Below, one piece after another: positions 1 through 14,458 of a stretch of DNA of 64,000 nucleotides. The DNA comes from Antedon mediterranea. Lineage: Eukaryota; Animalia; Echinodermata. Every line of letters starts with the position of its first letter. Position 1 is the stretch's first letter. The stretch is taken from assembly GCF_964355755.1 (NCBI RefSeq), contig NC_092672.1, positions 12,462,001 through 12,526,000 on the forward strand. Direction: 5' to 3'. The translations under genes were made by a program, and so were the position numbers. The notes under the pieces are model-generated. The model saw only the letters and a program-made list of their open reading frames with translations, was not told the origin of the DNA and made no database searches.

Positions 1-3000
1 AATTTGTGCACGCTGCTTCTCTGTAACGCGTTAACATGACATTTTGTAACTTGTTCAACATATAGACATTTTACTGAAATTGTCCAGCCAAGCTTTTTGA
101 CGATGTCAGAGCCGCGTAGCGTAAGTTACGCGTGATTTTCTGAAAATCTTAAATTGGTTATAACTTCGAAACAAATGAATATTTTTTAACGTCATTTTCA
201 GCCACGTTTGCTTCACATCAATAGTTAACTTTTTTAACGCTATCGCAATTTGTAACATTAGAAAGTGCGCGCGTAAATGGCGTTTGAAATTTTAAAATGC
301 TTCAAATCAATTTCTGATTAAATTAGAGCACGATTCAGGTCATTTTAAGCGTTTAAAAAATTGCCACTGGTGCGCACATTTTTACGCGCGCACGGCGCAG
401 GGAACAGGTATGAGCATTTCTTTTACACGATTTGTGTTTTTAAATCTTCGGTTAACAATTTTACGTTATTTTATTCACTTTTTAACTTGAAATGGCGTTC
501 TACGAGCACGTTAAACATGACAGGTTGCGCACGAAAACGTCAACAAATTGTGAAAATGTTCCAAAATATGTCTACTTTTAAAAATGAAACAGTTCATCAG
601 AATGCAAGGTTACCCCCATTTTTTATTTTAATTTCTTGCAGTGTATGAATCATAGGTCTGATTTATTATAGTGTTGAATGCTAAAACGTGTTTGATGGCT
701 ACATTATTTGCATATTAAATATAATTTTTGAAATATTTATCATCAAACAAATATAAACTTATTCAAAGAGCAAAACAATAAACATAACATTTATCTTTTT
801 TCTTTACATGTTAATATATAAAACTTGAAAGTATGTACTTTCATAAAATATCAGCGTTTAAAATTTTTGAAGATTTCATCATAGTAAAATTTATGATTTA
901 AGTTTAATATGTAATAATCAACTTGCATCGAGGGGGTTCACGACATACCGAATGAACGAGGACTCTTTCTTCGGATTTTCGTCAGCAGGTGGTCATATGG
1001 CTCGATGTGTAATGCAACCGACTTTTGTATCAGAGGTACCGGGTTCGAGTCCCGTCACGGGAAAACAATTAATTAAAATGGTTTAGTTGGTTATTACACT
1101 GAGAGGGCAGTTTTAATTTTGAATAGCCTACTTTTTTTGGAAAAGTCATAACTTGGAAGTACTTGAATACGCAAGATACGCTTTGTTGCTGGCGGATAAC
1201 CAAACTCGTCCTCAAGTGACGAGTTTAAGTTCTAGTTATTCTTCTTTCTTTCTCAGATTTTGTGTACGCGTTTTCTCTTGAACGTGTTAACGTAACATTT
1301 TGTAACTTGGTCAACATATTGACAATTAACTGAAGATGTACTGCCAAGCTTTTCGACAATGTCAGATCCGCGTAGCGTAAGTTACGCGCGATTTTCTGAA
1401 AATCTTAAATCGGTCATAACTTCGAAACCGATAAATATTTTTTAACGAAATTTTCAGACACGTTTTCTTCACATCAATGGCTAACCTTTTCGCTCTTCAG
1501 CAAATTTTTGAACACTAGAAAGTCTGCGCGTAAACTGCGTTTGAAATTTTAAAATGCTCCTAATTTGTGCACGCTGTTTCTCTGTAACGCGTTAACATAA
1601 CATTTTGTAACTTGTTTAACATATAGACATTTTACTGAAGTTGTCCAGCCAAGCTTTTTGACGATGTCAGAGCCGCGTAGCGTAAGTTACGCGTGATTTT
1701 CTGAAAATCTTAAATTGGTTATAACTTCGAAACAAATGAATATTTTTTAACATCATTTTCAGCCACGTTTGCTTCACATCAATAGTTAACTTTTTTAACG
1801 CTACCGCAATTTGTAACATTAGAAAGTGCGCGCGTAAATGGCGTTTGAAATTTTAAAATGCTTCAAATCAATTTCTGATTAAATTAGAGCACGATTCAGG
1901 TCATTTTAAGCGTTTAAAAAATTGCCACTGGTGCGCACATTTTTACGCGCGCACGGCGCAGGGAACAGGTATGAGCATTTCTTTTACACGATTTGTGTTT
2001 TTAAATCTTCGGTTAACAATTTTACGTTATTTTATTCACTTTTCAACTTGAAATGGCGTTCTACGAGCACGTTAAACATGACAGGTTGCGCACGAAAACG
2101 TCAACAAATTGTGAAAATGTTGCAAAATATGTCTACTTTTAAAAATGAAACAGTTCATCAGAATGCAAGGTTACCCCCATTTTTTATTTTAATTTCTTGC
2201 AGTGTATGAATCATAGGTCTGATTTATTATAGTGTTGAATGCTAAAACGTGTTTGATGGCTACATTATTTGCATATTAAATATAATTTTTGAAATATTTA
2301 TCATCAAACAAACATAAACTTATTCAAAGAGCAAAACAATAAACATAACATTTATCTTTTTTCTTTACTTGTTAATATATAAAACTTGAAAGTATGTACT
2401 TTCATAAAATATCAGCGTTTAAAATTTTTGAAGATTTCATCATAGTAAAATTTATGATTTAAGTTTGATATGTAATAATCAACTTGCATCGAGGGGGTTC
2501 ACGACATACCGAATGAACGAGGACTCTTTCTTCGGATTTTCGTCAGCAGGTGGTCATATGGCTTGATGTGTAATGCAACCGACTTTGGTATCAGAGGTAC
2601 CGGGTTCGAATCCCATCACGGGAAAACAATTAAATAAAAGGATTTGTTTGGTTATTACACTGAAAAGGCAGTTTTAATTTCGAATAGGCTACGTTTTGGA
2701 AAAGTCACAACTGAAAAGTACTTGAATACGCAAGATACGTTTTGTTGCGGGCGGATAACCAAACTCGTCCTCAAGTGACGAGTTTAAGATCTAGTTATTC
2801 TTCTTTCTTTCTCAGATTTTGTGTACGCGTTTTCTCTTGAACGTGTTAACATAACATTTTGTAACTTGGTCAACATATAGACAATTAACTGAAGATGTAC
2901 TGCGAAGCTTTTTGACAATGTCAGATCCACGTAGCGTAAGTTACGCGCGATTTTCTGAAAATCTTAAATCGGTCATAACTTCGAAACCGATAAATATTTT

Positions 3001-4356
3001 TTAACGAAATTTTCAGCCACGTTTTCTTCACATCAATGGCTAACTTTTTCGCTCTTCAGCAAATTTTTGAACACTAGAAAGTCTGCGCGTAAACTGCGTT
3101 TGAAATTTTAAAATGCTCCTAATTTGTGCACGCTGTTTCTCTGTAACGCGTTAACATAACATTTTGTAACTTGTTCAACATATAGACATTTTACTGAAGT
3201 TGTCCAGCCAAGCTTTTTGACGATGTCAGAGCCACGTAGCGTAAGTTACGCGTGATTTTCTGAAAATCTTAAATTGGTTATAACTTCGAAACAAATGAAT
3301 ATTTTTTAACGTCATTTTCAGCCGCGTTTGCTTCACATCAATAGTTAACTTTTTTAACGCTATCGCAATTTGTAACATTAGAAAGTGCGCGTGTAAATGG
3401 CGTTTGAAATTTTAAAATGCTTCAAATCAATTTCTGATTAAATTAGAGCACGATTCAGGTCATTTTAAGCGTTTAAAAAATTGCCACTGGTGCGCACATT
3501 TTTACGCGCGCACGGCGCAGGGAACAGGTATGAGCATTTCTTTTACACGATTTGTGTTTTTAAATCTTCGGTTAACAATTTTACGTTATTTTATTCACTT
3601 TTCAACTTGAAATGGCGTTCTACGAGCACGTTAAACATGACAGGTTGCGCACGAAAACGTCAACAAATTGTGAAAATGTTCCAAAATATGTCTACTTCTA
3701 AAAATTAAACAGTTCATCAGAATGCAAGGTTACCCCCATTTTTTATTTTAATTTCTTGCAGTGTATGAATCATAGGTCTGATTTATTATAGTGTTGAATG
3801 CTAAAACGTGTTTGATGGCTACATTATTTGCATATTAAATATAATTTTTGAAATATTTATCATCAAACAAACATAAACTTATTCAAAGAGCAAAACAATA
3901 AACATAACATTTATCTTTTTTCTTTACATGTTAATAATATAAAACTTGAAAGTATGTACTTTCATAAAATATCAGCGTTTAAAATTTTTGAAGATTTCAT
4001 CATAGTAAAATTTATGATTTAAGTTTGATATGTAATAATCAACTTGCATCGAGGGGGTTCACGACATACCGAATGAACGAGGACTCTTTCTTCGGATTTT
4101 CGTCAGCAGGTGGTCATATGGCTCGATGTGTAATGCAACCGACTTTGGTATCAGAGGTACCGGGTTCGAGTCCCGTCACGGGAAAACAATTAATTAAAAG
4201 GGTTTAGTTGGTTATTACACTGAGAGGGCAGTTTTAATTTTGAATAGCCTACTTTTTTTGGAAAAGTCATAACTTGGAAGTACTTGAATGCGTAAGATAC
4301 GCTTTGTTGCTGGCGGATAACCAAACTCGTCCTCAAGTGACGAGTTTAAGTTCTAG
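1..4356 (+). mobile_element. Three tandem headless bodies of HINE/DINE-1-like family A (~1560 bp period; first copy truncated by the window edge)
   Basis: Near-identical units end at CTAG 1232-1235, 2791-2794 and 4353-4356. Each ends in subterminal GCGGATAACC, a hairpin AAACTCGTC-ctcaagt-GACGAGTTT, then CTAG|TT. Each unit has an internal ~320-bp direct duplication. Confidence 0.8.
990..1062 (+). promoter_or_regulatory. tRNA-derived Pol III internal promoter-like cassette in HINE family A (repeated in every A copy)
   Basis: A-box-like TGGCTCGATGTG (998) and consensus B-box GGTTCGAGTCC (1042) are 44 nt apart, matching tRNA positions 8 and 52. T-arm CGGG-TTCGAGT-CCCG is present. Confidence 0.6.
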
Positions 4357-4470
4357 TTAGGTTATATGCATGATATGCATATAACCTCTTGATTCTGTCA
4401 AAATCTTTATTTATTAGGTTATATGCATTATCATGCATATAACCTCTTGATTCTGTCAAAATCTTTATTT
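4357..4470 (+). mobile_element. Two isolated 5' heads of HINE family D
   Basis: AGGTTATATGCAT..ATGCATATAACCT hairpin + CTTGATTCTGTCAAAATC + (TTTA)n, twice. The left arm is the reverse complement of the family D 3' subterminal ATGCATATAACCT seen at ~15829, 17275, 18693 and 30871. Confidence 0.75.
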
Positions 4471-6090
4471 ATTGGTTATCCGCCTCAAGCGGATAACCTT
4501 TGTTATTGTAGTGTTACTTTTTTTTTTTATTATTCTTCTTTCTTTCTCCGATTTTGTGTACGCGTTTTCTCTTGAACGTGTTAACATAACATTTTGTAAC
4601 TTGGTCAACATATAGACAATTAACTGAAGATGTACTGCGAAGCTTTTTGACAATGTCAGATCCGCGTAGCGTAAGTTACGCGCGATTTTCTGAAAATCTT
4701 AAATCGGTCATAACTTCGAAACCGATAAATATTTTTTAACGAAATTTTCAGCCACGTTTTCTTCACATCAATGGCTAACTTTTTCGCTCTTCAGCAAATT
4801 TTTGAACACTAGAAAGTCTGCGCGTAAACTGCGTTTGAAATTTTAAAATGCTCCTAATTTGTGCACGCTGTTTCTCTGTAACGCGTTAACATAACATTTT
4901 GTAACTTGTTCAACATATAGACATTTTACTGAAGTTGTCCAGCCAAGCTTTTTGACGATGTCAGAGCCGCGTAGCGTAAGTTACGCGTGATTTTCTGAAA
5001 ATCTTAAATTGGTTATAACTTCGAAACAAATGAATATTTTTTAACGTCATTTTCAGCCACGTTTGCTTCACATCAATAGTTAACTTTTTTAACGCTATCG
5101 CAATTTGTAACATTAGAAAGTGCGCGCGTAAATGGCGTTTGAAATTTTAAAATGCTTCAAATCAATTTCTGATTAAATTAGAGCACGATTCAGGTCATTT
5201 TAAGCGTTTAAAAAATTGCCACTGGTGCGCACATTTTTACGCGCGCACGGCGCAGGGAACAGGTATGAGCATTTCTTTTACACGATTTGTGTTTTTAAAT
5301 CTTCTGTTAACAATTTTACGTTATTTTATTCACTTTTCAACTTGAAATGGCGTTCTACGAGCACGTTAAACATGACAGGTTGCGCACGAAAACGTCAACA
5401 AATTGTGAAAATGTTCCAAAATATGTCTACTTTTAAAAATGACACAGTTCATCAGAATGCAAGGTTACCCCCATTTTTTATTTTAATTTCTTGCAGTGTA
5501 TGAATCATAGGTCTGATTTATTATAGTGTTGAATGCTAAAACGTGTTTGATGGCTACATTATTTGCATATTAAATATAATTTTTGAAATATTTATCATCA
5601 AACAAACATAAACTTATTCAAAGAGCAAAACAATAAACATAACATTTATCTTTTTTCTTTACATGTTAATATATAAAACTTGAAAGTATGTACTTTCATA
5701 AAATATCAGTGTTTAAAATTTTTGAAGATTTCATCATAGTAAAATTTATGATTTAAGTTTGATATGTAATAATCAACTTGCATCGAGGGGGTTCACGACA
5801 TACCGAATGAACGAGGACTCTTTCTTCGGATTTTCGTCAGCAGGTGGTCATATGGCTCGATGTGTAATGCAACCGACTTTGGTATCAGAGGTACCGGGTT
5901 CGAGTCCCGTCACGGGAAAACAATTAATTAAAAGGGTTTAGTTTGTTATTACACTGAGAGGGCAGTTTTAATTTTGAATAGCCTACTTTTTTTGGAAAAG
6001 TCATAACTTGGAAGTACTTGAATACGCAAGATACGCTTTGTTGCTGGCGGATAACCAAACTCGTCCTCAAGTGACGAGTTTAAGTTCTAG
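4471..6090 (+). mobile_element. Complete HINE family A element (head + body)
   Basis: 5' TT-GGTTATCCGC-ctcaa-GCGGATAACC (4474-4498), then a T/TTA tract and the family A body, ending in GCGGATAACC + hairpin + CTAG (6087-6090). Confidence 0.85.
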
Positions 6091-7693
6091 TTATTTTTTG
6101 GTTATCCGCAACGAAGTTGCAGGATAACCTCTTGTGATTGTACGAAATCATCATCATCTTTTTCTTAATCTTCTTTCTTTCTGTATGATTTTTGTGTAAC
6201 GCTTTTCTCTAAAACTTGCAAACATAACATTTTGTTAACTATGTTAACATTTTGACATTTATGTAACGTCGTCAAGCGAAGCTTTTCATGATGTTTACAA
6301 TCGCGCAACGTGACGTACGCGCGATTTAACGATTTTCTCGTATTTAACATATGTCGAAAACCAAATAACATTTTAAAGTGAAACTTTGCAAAAGTTTAAT
6401 TTATATCATGCGCTAACCTTCTGTTGAAAAAAAATTGCGTGTTTTACACAAAGTTACGCGCGCACGCGCATTTAAAATTTCAAAATGCGCAAAATTAATT
6501 TCTAATCAACTTTCTACGCGTTTCATGTCGGTTTAAGCATGTCAAAAATTCCCACGCATGCGCACAATTTTACGTGTGCGGAGCGCACGTAGCATTGAAA
6601 ACGTATTTTTTTCGCGTGATTTATGTTTTTCCAGCCTTTTCTAGTAATTTTACCAAATTTTAAACAATTTTGACTTAAAGATACGTCATAAGAGCACGTC
6701 GAATTGGACAATTTGCGCGCGTTTTTTATGAAAACGTTAAAAAATTCGTTTAAAATATGCCTTTTTTAAAACAGTCGTAATTTCTAAACTAAACGGTCAA
6801 CTTTTTGTGGATGGCATTTTCTGGAAGTAAATGAGTTGTAGATATTGGATCAGGTATTAATATGGCTAACCGGACATTGTGATGTCATCGTATGGCCACG
6901 CAAATATAAAATTTAGGATTTTGTATCTTTCGTCATAGCTCATCACATTGAATAGAGCGCATCTCCACTTATCCGTTTTCCATTTTCACCCTGATTTTGA
7001 TATTGTCTAGGTCAATCAACTATCTTTCGCATGAGTTAAAAATATTTTAATTTTTTTTACGTCATCGTGCTTAAAAATTTAAATCACGTGTGGCATTAAT
7101 TTCATCTTTACAGTAAATTTTAATCTGTTATAGCTCGTAAGAATAAAATGTGATAATCACGATTAAAACTTTTTCTGGAAGCTATTGGACTGTAGATACG
7201 AAATTATGTAAAAATGTTGCCAATCGGATGTTGTGACGTCATCATATGGCCAGTTAAATAAAAAAGGTCGTATTTTCATCTTTTGCGTCATAATTCATTA
7301 CATTTAAACGAGCGCGCATCAATATTTCACGTATTCAAATTTCTTCTACATGCTAATACGTTTTTGCTGAGATAATTTCCTTTCGGAATTGCTACCTTCG
7401 CGTTTCATTTTAAAACCGTCAACATGTTAAAAATTGCAATAAATAGCGGGTCCCGTAATTTCACCTATTCTACACTGTATGTGATATGGATACAGATTAT
7501 ACTGTGTATACTACAGTATATATGAATTTAAACAATAAATTTCAGCAATAACAACATATCATATTCTTCAGTTCAGGTCATAATGCCAACGTGAACACTT
7601 CCTTTTGTCCTCAACCTATCCCCTTAATGTTAATGTTGCACCACTTGCGCGGCGGATAACCAAACTCGTCAAAGTGACGAGTTACATGTCTAG
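6091..7693 (+). mobile_element. Complete HINE family B element
   Basis: 5' GGTTATCCGCAAC-gaa-GTTGCAGGATAACC at 6100 and a (TCA)n/TTC tract. 3' end is GCGGATAACC-AAACTCGTC-aaagt-GACGAGTT-acatgt-CTAG|TT. The body is diverged from A but shares motifs with A and C. Confidence 0.8.
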
Positions 7694-10600
7694 TTTTTTT
7701 TTCTTTCTGTACACTTTTTGTGTAACAAATATCTCAAAAAGTTGAATAACAATGATCACAAAAATTTCACAATGTCTTTCAAATACTTTAACTTAGCCAT
7801 AATAAGCTTTTCAGCGTGATCACTGACCCGTGACGTCACGTATACGCCATTTTGTGAAATCACACTATCAATCATATATCTATAATTCATTATCACATAT
7901 TTATGAAATTCACTACACGTAAACTTCAGGTCAAGGGTAAAAATATTAGCAAATAAAAACGCGCGCGCACGTAGGGTGATACGCGTGAAATCGCGCATTA
8001 AAAATTTAAAAAGCTCAAAATTACGTTTTAATCAATTTAGAGCATGAATTAGGCCATTTGCGTGTTTCAAAAAATTACTGCGCAAAAAAATTATTTTGCG
8101 CGCGCGATACTTACAAAGTGTAAAAATTGCAATTTTTTATACAAATCGCATTCTACTCACCATCCTTAGTACATTCACCAAATTTGAGTCAGTTCCGACT
8201 TAAAATAACGGTATACGAGCAGGTTAAAAATATCAAAATGCGCAAATTAATTTCATCAAAGTGATGAAAATGGTGAAAAATAAGGCCTTTTTAAAATGAA
8301 TATAACTCTTCAGAATGGCAGGTGACCCCCAATTTTTTTATGTTATTCGGGAAGCCATTGGGTTTTAGATACATATTCATGTACACATTAGACGTACAAA
8401 ATGGTATGACGTCATCAAATGGCCACTTCAATTTAAAAATTAGTAATTTTTATCTTTTTGTATGGGTTTTCACATTCAATAGAGCGCATCTCCGTTATTT
8501 TAGCTCGATTTTCGGAGAAGTTTTAGTATGTGCTTGCTCAATTAATTATCTTTCTCAGGAGTTGTCAATATTTTTATTTTGATGACATCATCACGCGTAA
8601 AAACTTGAATAACCTAGGTCGTGTAATTTCAGCTACACCTTACATTTGAATATATTATAGCTCTTCAAAATTAAAGGTGACCTTGAAGATTATAACTTAT
8701 TATGAAAGCTGATGAAATGTAGATATGAATTAATATAAAAATTAAGCCTATCGGATGTTGTGATGTTATCATATGGCCAGTTGAAGTTAAAACGTTGTTT
8801 TTAAATTTCTTTAGTCGAAGTTATACAAATTTCAAAGAGCGCGCATTGCGCTTCTACGTGTCAAATTCTCTTCCAATCCTTATATTTATTTGCTCAATTC
8901 ATTATCTTTCGAAATTGTCATCTTCGAGTTTATTTTGATAATTCCATCATACCGACAAATTTGAACATGATGTGGGTCCAGTAATTTCACCTATGCTACA
9001 CTGTATATAGATATACAGTATATACTGTACATAATAGGTACAACTCAGCACTATAAGTGTATATGCATCATGTCATAGGATGGCGTACATCAACTTTTTA
9101 CGATCGTATGTTAACGTACGTGCATGTTTAAAAAATGTTAATTTCATTAAAACGATAAATATGATCACCTATAATTCGTCAAAGTGACGAATTAAATTCT
9201 AGTTAGGTGATCATTTAGAATAAAATGATCACCTATTGTTATTGTACAAAATCTTTATTGTTATTATTAGGTGATCATTTAGAATAAAATGATCACCTAT
9301 TGTTATTGTATTAAATCTTTATTATTATTTTTTTTTTTTTTCTTTCTGTACACTTTTTGTGTAACAAATATCTCAAAAAGTTGAATAACAATGATCACAA
9401 AAATTTTACAATGTCTTTCAAATACTTTAACTTAGCCATAATAAGCTTTTCAGCGTGATCACTGACCCGTGACGTCACGTATACGCCATTTTGTGAAATC
9501 ACATTATCAATCATATATCCATAATTCATTATCACATATTTATGAAATTCACTACACGTAAACTTCAGGTCAAGGGTAAAAATATAAGCAAATAAAAACG
9601 CGCACGCACGTAGGGTGATACGCGTGAAATCGCGCATTAAAAATTTAAAAAGCTCAAAATTACGTTTTAATCAATTTAGAGCATGAATTAGGCCATTTGC
9701 GTGTTTCAAAAAATTACTGCGCAAAAAAATTATTTTGCGAGCGCGATACTTACAAAGTGTAAAAATTGCAATTTTTATACAAATCGCATTCTACTCACCA
9801 TCCTTAGTACATTCACCAAATTTGAGTCAGTTCCGACTTAAAATAACGGTATACGAGCAGGTTAAAAATATCAAAATGCGCAAATTAATTTCATCAAAGT
9901 GATGAAAATGGTGAAAAATAAGGCCTTTTTAAAATGAATATAACTCTTCAGAATGGCAGGTGACCCACAATTTTTTTAAGTTATTCGGGAAGCCATTGGG
10001 TTTTAGATACATATTCATGTACACATTAGACGTACAAAATGGTATGACGTCATCAAATGGCCACTTCAATTTAAAAATTAGTAATTTTTATCTTTTTGTA
10101 TGGGTTTTCACATTCAATAGAGCGCATCTCCGTTATTTTAGCTCGATTTTCGGAGAAGTTTTAGTATGTGCTTGCTCAATTAATTATCTTTCTCAGGAGT
10201 TGTCAATATTTTTATTTTGATGACATCATCACGCGTAAAAACTTGAATAACGTAGGTCGTGTAATTTCAGCTACACCTTACATTTGAATATATTATAGCT
10301 CTTCAGAATTAAAGGTGACCTTGAAGATTATAACTTATTATGAAAGCTGATGAAATGTAGATATGAATTAATATAAAAATTAAGCCTATCGGATGTTGTG
10401 ATGTTATCATATGGCCAGTTGAAGTTAAAACGTTGTTTTTAAATTTCTTTAGTCGAAGTTATACAAATTTCAAAGAGCGCGCATTGCGCTTCTACGTGTC
10501 AAATTCTCTTCCAATCCTTATATTTATTTGCTCAATTCATTATCTTTCGAAATTGTCATCTTCGAGTTTATTTTGATAATTCCATCATACCGAAAAATTT

Positions 10601-12838
10601 GAACATGATGTGGGTCCAGTAATTTCACCTATGCTACACTGTATATAGATATACAGTATATACTGTACATAATAGGTACAACTCAGCACTATAAGTGTAT
10701 ATGCATCCTGTCATAGGATGGCGTACATCAACTTTTTACGATCGTATGTTAACGTACGTGCATGTTTAAAAAATGTTAATTTCATTAAAACGATAAATAT
10801 GATCACCTATAATTCGTCAAAGTGACGAATTAAATTCTAGTTATTCTTCTTTCTGTACACTTTTTGTTCGTCAAATATCTCAAAAAGTTGAATAGCAATG
10901 ATCACAAAAATTTCACAATGTCTTTCAAATATTTTAACTTAGCCATAATAAGCTTTTCAGCGTGATCACTCATCCGTGGCGTCACGTATACGCCATTTTG
11001 TGAAATCACATTATCAATCATATACCCATAATTTATTATCACATATTTATGAAATTCACTACACGTAAACTTCAGGTCAAGGGTAAAAATATTAGCAAGT
11101 AAAAATGCGCGCGCACGTAGGGTCATGCGTGTGGAATCGCGCAGTAAAAATTTAAAAAGCTCAAAATTACGTTTTAATCAATTTAGAGCATGAATTAGGC
11201 CATTTGCGTGTTTCAAAAAATTACAGCGCAAAAAAAATATTTTGCGCGCGCGATACTTACAAAGCGTAAAAATTGCAATTTTTTTATACAAATCACGTTC
11301 TACTCACCATCCTTAGTACATTCACCAAATTTGAGTAAGTTCCGACTGAAAATAACGCTATACGAGCACGTTAAAAATAACAAAATGCGCAAATTAATTG
11401 CATCAAAGTGCTGAAAATGGTGAAAAATAAGGCCTTTTTAAAATGAATATAACTCTTCAGAATGGCAGGTGACCCCCAATTTTTTTAACTTATTCGGGAA
11501 GCCATTGGGTTGTAGATACATATTCATGTACACATTAGACGTACAAAATGGTATGACGTCATCAAATGGCCACTTCAATTTAAAAATTAGTAATTTTTAT
11601 CTTTTTGTGTGGGTTATCGCATTCAATAGAGCGCATCTCCGTTATTTGAGCCCGATTTTCGCCGAAATTTTAGTATGGGCTTGCTCAATTAATTATCTTT
11701 CTCAAGAGTTGTCAACATTTTTATTTTGATGACGTCATCATGTGTAAAAACTTTAATAACCAAGGTCGTGTAATTTCAGCTACACCATACATTTGAATAT
11801 GTTATAGCTCTTCAGAATTAAAGGTGACCTTGAAGATTATAATTTATTATGAAAGCTGATTAACTGTAGATATGAATTCATATAAAAATTAAGCCTATCG
11901 GATGTTGTGATGTTATCATATGGCCAGTTGAAGTTAAAACGTTGTTTTTAAATTTCTTTAGTCAAAGTTATACAAATTTCAAAGAGCACGCATTGCGCTT
12001 CTACGTGTCAAATTATCTTCCAATCCTTATATTTATTTGCTCAATTCATTATCTTTCGAAATTGTCATCTTCGAGTTTATTTTGATAATTCCATCATACC
12101 AAAAAATTTGAACATGATGTGGGTCCCGTAATTTCACCTATGCTACACTGTATATAGATATACAGTATATACTGTACATATTGTATATGACACATAATAG
12201 GCACAACTCCGCACTATAAGCGTATAACAGGATGGTATACATCAACATTTTCCTATTGTATGTTAACGTACGTGCATGTTTAAAAAATATTAATGTAAGT
12301 AAAGCGATAAAAATGATCACCTATAATTCGTCAAAGTGACGAATTAAATTCTAGTGAGAAATTGTTTTTGTAAAAAAAAATATTTCTTCGCAATTTCTTT
12401 CTGTACAGATTTTGTGTAACAAATATCTCAAAAAGTTTAATGTCAATGATTACCAAAATTTCTGAATGTCTTTCCAATACTTTAACTTGGTCCTAATAAG
12501 GTTTTCAGCGTAATCACTCATCCGTGACGTCATTTATACGCCATTTTGTGAAATCACATTATCAATCATATCTCCATAATTAATTATCACATATTAATGA
12601 AATTCACTACACACGTAAACTTCAGATCAAGGGTAAAAATATTAGCAAATAAAAATGCACGCGCACGTAGGGTCATGCGCGTGAAATAGCGCGTTAAAAA
12701 TTTAAAAAGCTCAAAATTATGTTTTGATCAATTTAGAGCATGAATTAGGCCATTTGCGTGTTTTGTTATTGTACAAAATCTTTATTAGGTGATCATTTAG
12801 AATAAAATGATCATCTATTGTTATTGTACAAAATCTTA
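7694..12838 (+). mobile_element. HINE family C array: body (7694-9202), two heads (9203-~9330), two bodies (ending 10840 and 12354), partial body (~12395-12762), partial and full head (12763-12838)
   Basis: Head is AGGTGATCATTT-agaata-AAATGATCACCT + ATTGTTATTGTACAAAATC. 3' end is ATGATCACCT-ATAATTCGTC-aaagt-GACGAATTA-aatt-CTAG. Confidence 0.8.
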
Positions 12839-14458
12839 TTGGTTATCCGCCTCAAGCGGATAACCTTTGTTATTGTAGTGTTACTTTTTTTTTTTATTAT
12901 TCTTCTTTCTTTCTCAGATTTTGTGTACGCGTTTTCTCTTGAACGTGTTAACATAACATTTTGTAACTTGGTCAACATATAGACAATTAACTGAAGATGT
13001 ACTGCGAAGCTTTTTGACAATGTCCGATCCGCGTAGCGTAAGTTACGCGCGATTTTCTGAAAATCTTAAATCGGTCATAACTTCGAAACCGATAAATATT
13101 TTTTAACGAAATTTTCAGCCACGTTTTCTTCACATCAATGGCTAACTTTTTCGCTCTTCAGCAAATTTTTGAACACTAGAAAGTCTGCGCGTAAACTGCG
13201 TTTGAAATTTTAAAATGCTCCTAATTTGTGCACGCTGTTTCTCTGTAACGCGTTAACATAACATTTTGTAACTTGTTCAACATATAGACATTTTACTGAA
13301 GTTGTCCAGCCAAGCTTTTTGACGATGTCAGAGCCGCGTAGCGTAAGTTACGCGTGATTTTCTGAAAATCTTAAATCGGTTATAACTTTGAAACAAATGA
13401 ATATTTTTTAACGTCATTTTCAGCCACGTTTGCTTCACATCAATAGTTAACTTTTTTAACGCTACCGCAATTTGTAACATTAGAAAGTGCGCGCGTAAAC
13501 GGCGTTTGAAATTTTAAAATGCTTCAAATCAATTTCTGATTATATTAGAGCACGATTCAGGTCATTTTAAGCGTTTAAAAAATTGCCACTGGTGCGCACA
13601 TTTTTACGCGCGCACGGCGCAGGGAACACGTATGAGCATTTCTTTTACACGATTTGTGTTTTTAAATCTTCGGTTAACAATTTTACGTTATTTTATTCAC
13701 TTTTCAACTTGAAATGGCGTTCTACGAGCACGTTAAACATGACAGGTTGCGCACAAAAACGTCAACAAATTGTGAAAATGTTGCAAAATATGTCTACTTT
13801 TAAAAATGAAACAGTTCATCAGAATGCAAGGTTACCCCCATTTTTTATTTTAATTTCTTGCAGTGTATGAATCATAGCTCTGATTTATTATAGTCTTGAA
13901 TGTTAAAAAGTGTTTGATGGCTACATTATTTGCATATTAAATGTAATTTTTGAAATAATTATCATCAAACAAACATAAACATATTCAAAGAGTAAAACAA
14001 TAAACATAACGTTTATCTTTTTTCTTTACATGTTAATATATAAAACTTGAAAGTATGCACTTTCATAATATGTCACTGTTTAAAATTTGTGAAGATTTCA
14101 TCATAGTAAAAATTATGATTTAAGTTGATTATGTAATAATCAACTTGCATCGAAGGGGGTTCACGACATACCGAATGAACGAGGACTCTTTCTTCGGATT
14201 TTCTTCAGCAGGTGCTCATATGGTTGGATGTGTAGTGCAACCGACTTTGGTATCAGAGGTACCGGGTTCGAATCCCATAATGGGAAAACAATTAATTAAA
14301 AGGATTTATTTGGTTATTACACTGAAAGGGCAGTTTTAATTTTGAATAGGCTACTTTTTTTGGAAAAGTCATAACTGAGAAGTACTTTAATACGCAAAAT
14401 ACGTTTTGTTGCGGGCGGATAACCAAACTCGTCCTCAAGTGACGAGTTTAAGTTCTAG
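12839..14458 (+). mobile_element. Complete HINE family A element
   Basis: Same head as at 4474 (GGTTATCCGCCTCAAGCGGATAACC at 12841) and the same 3' hairpin + CTAG (14455-14458). Confidence 0.85.
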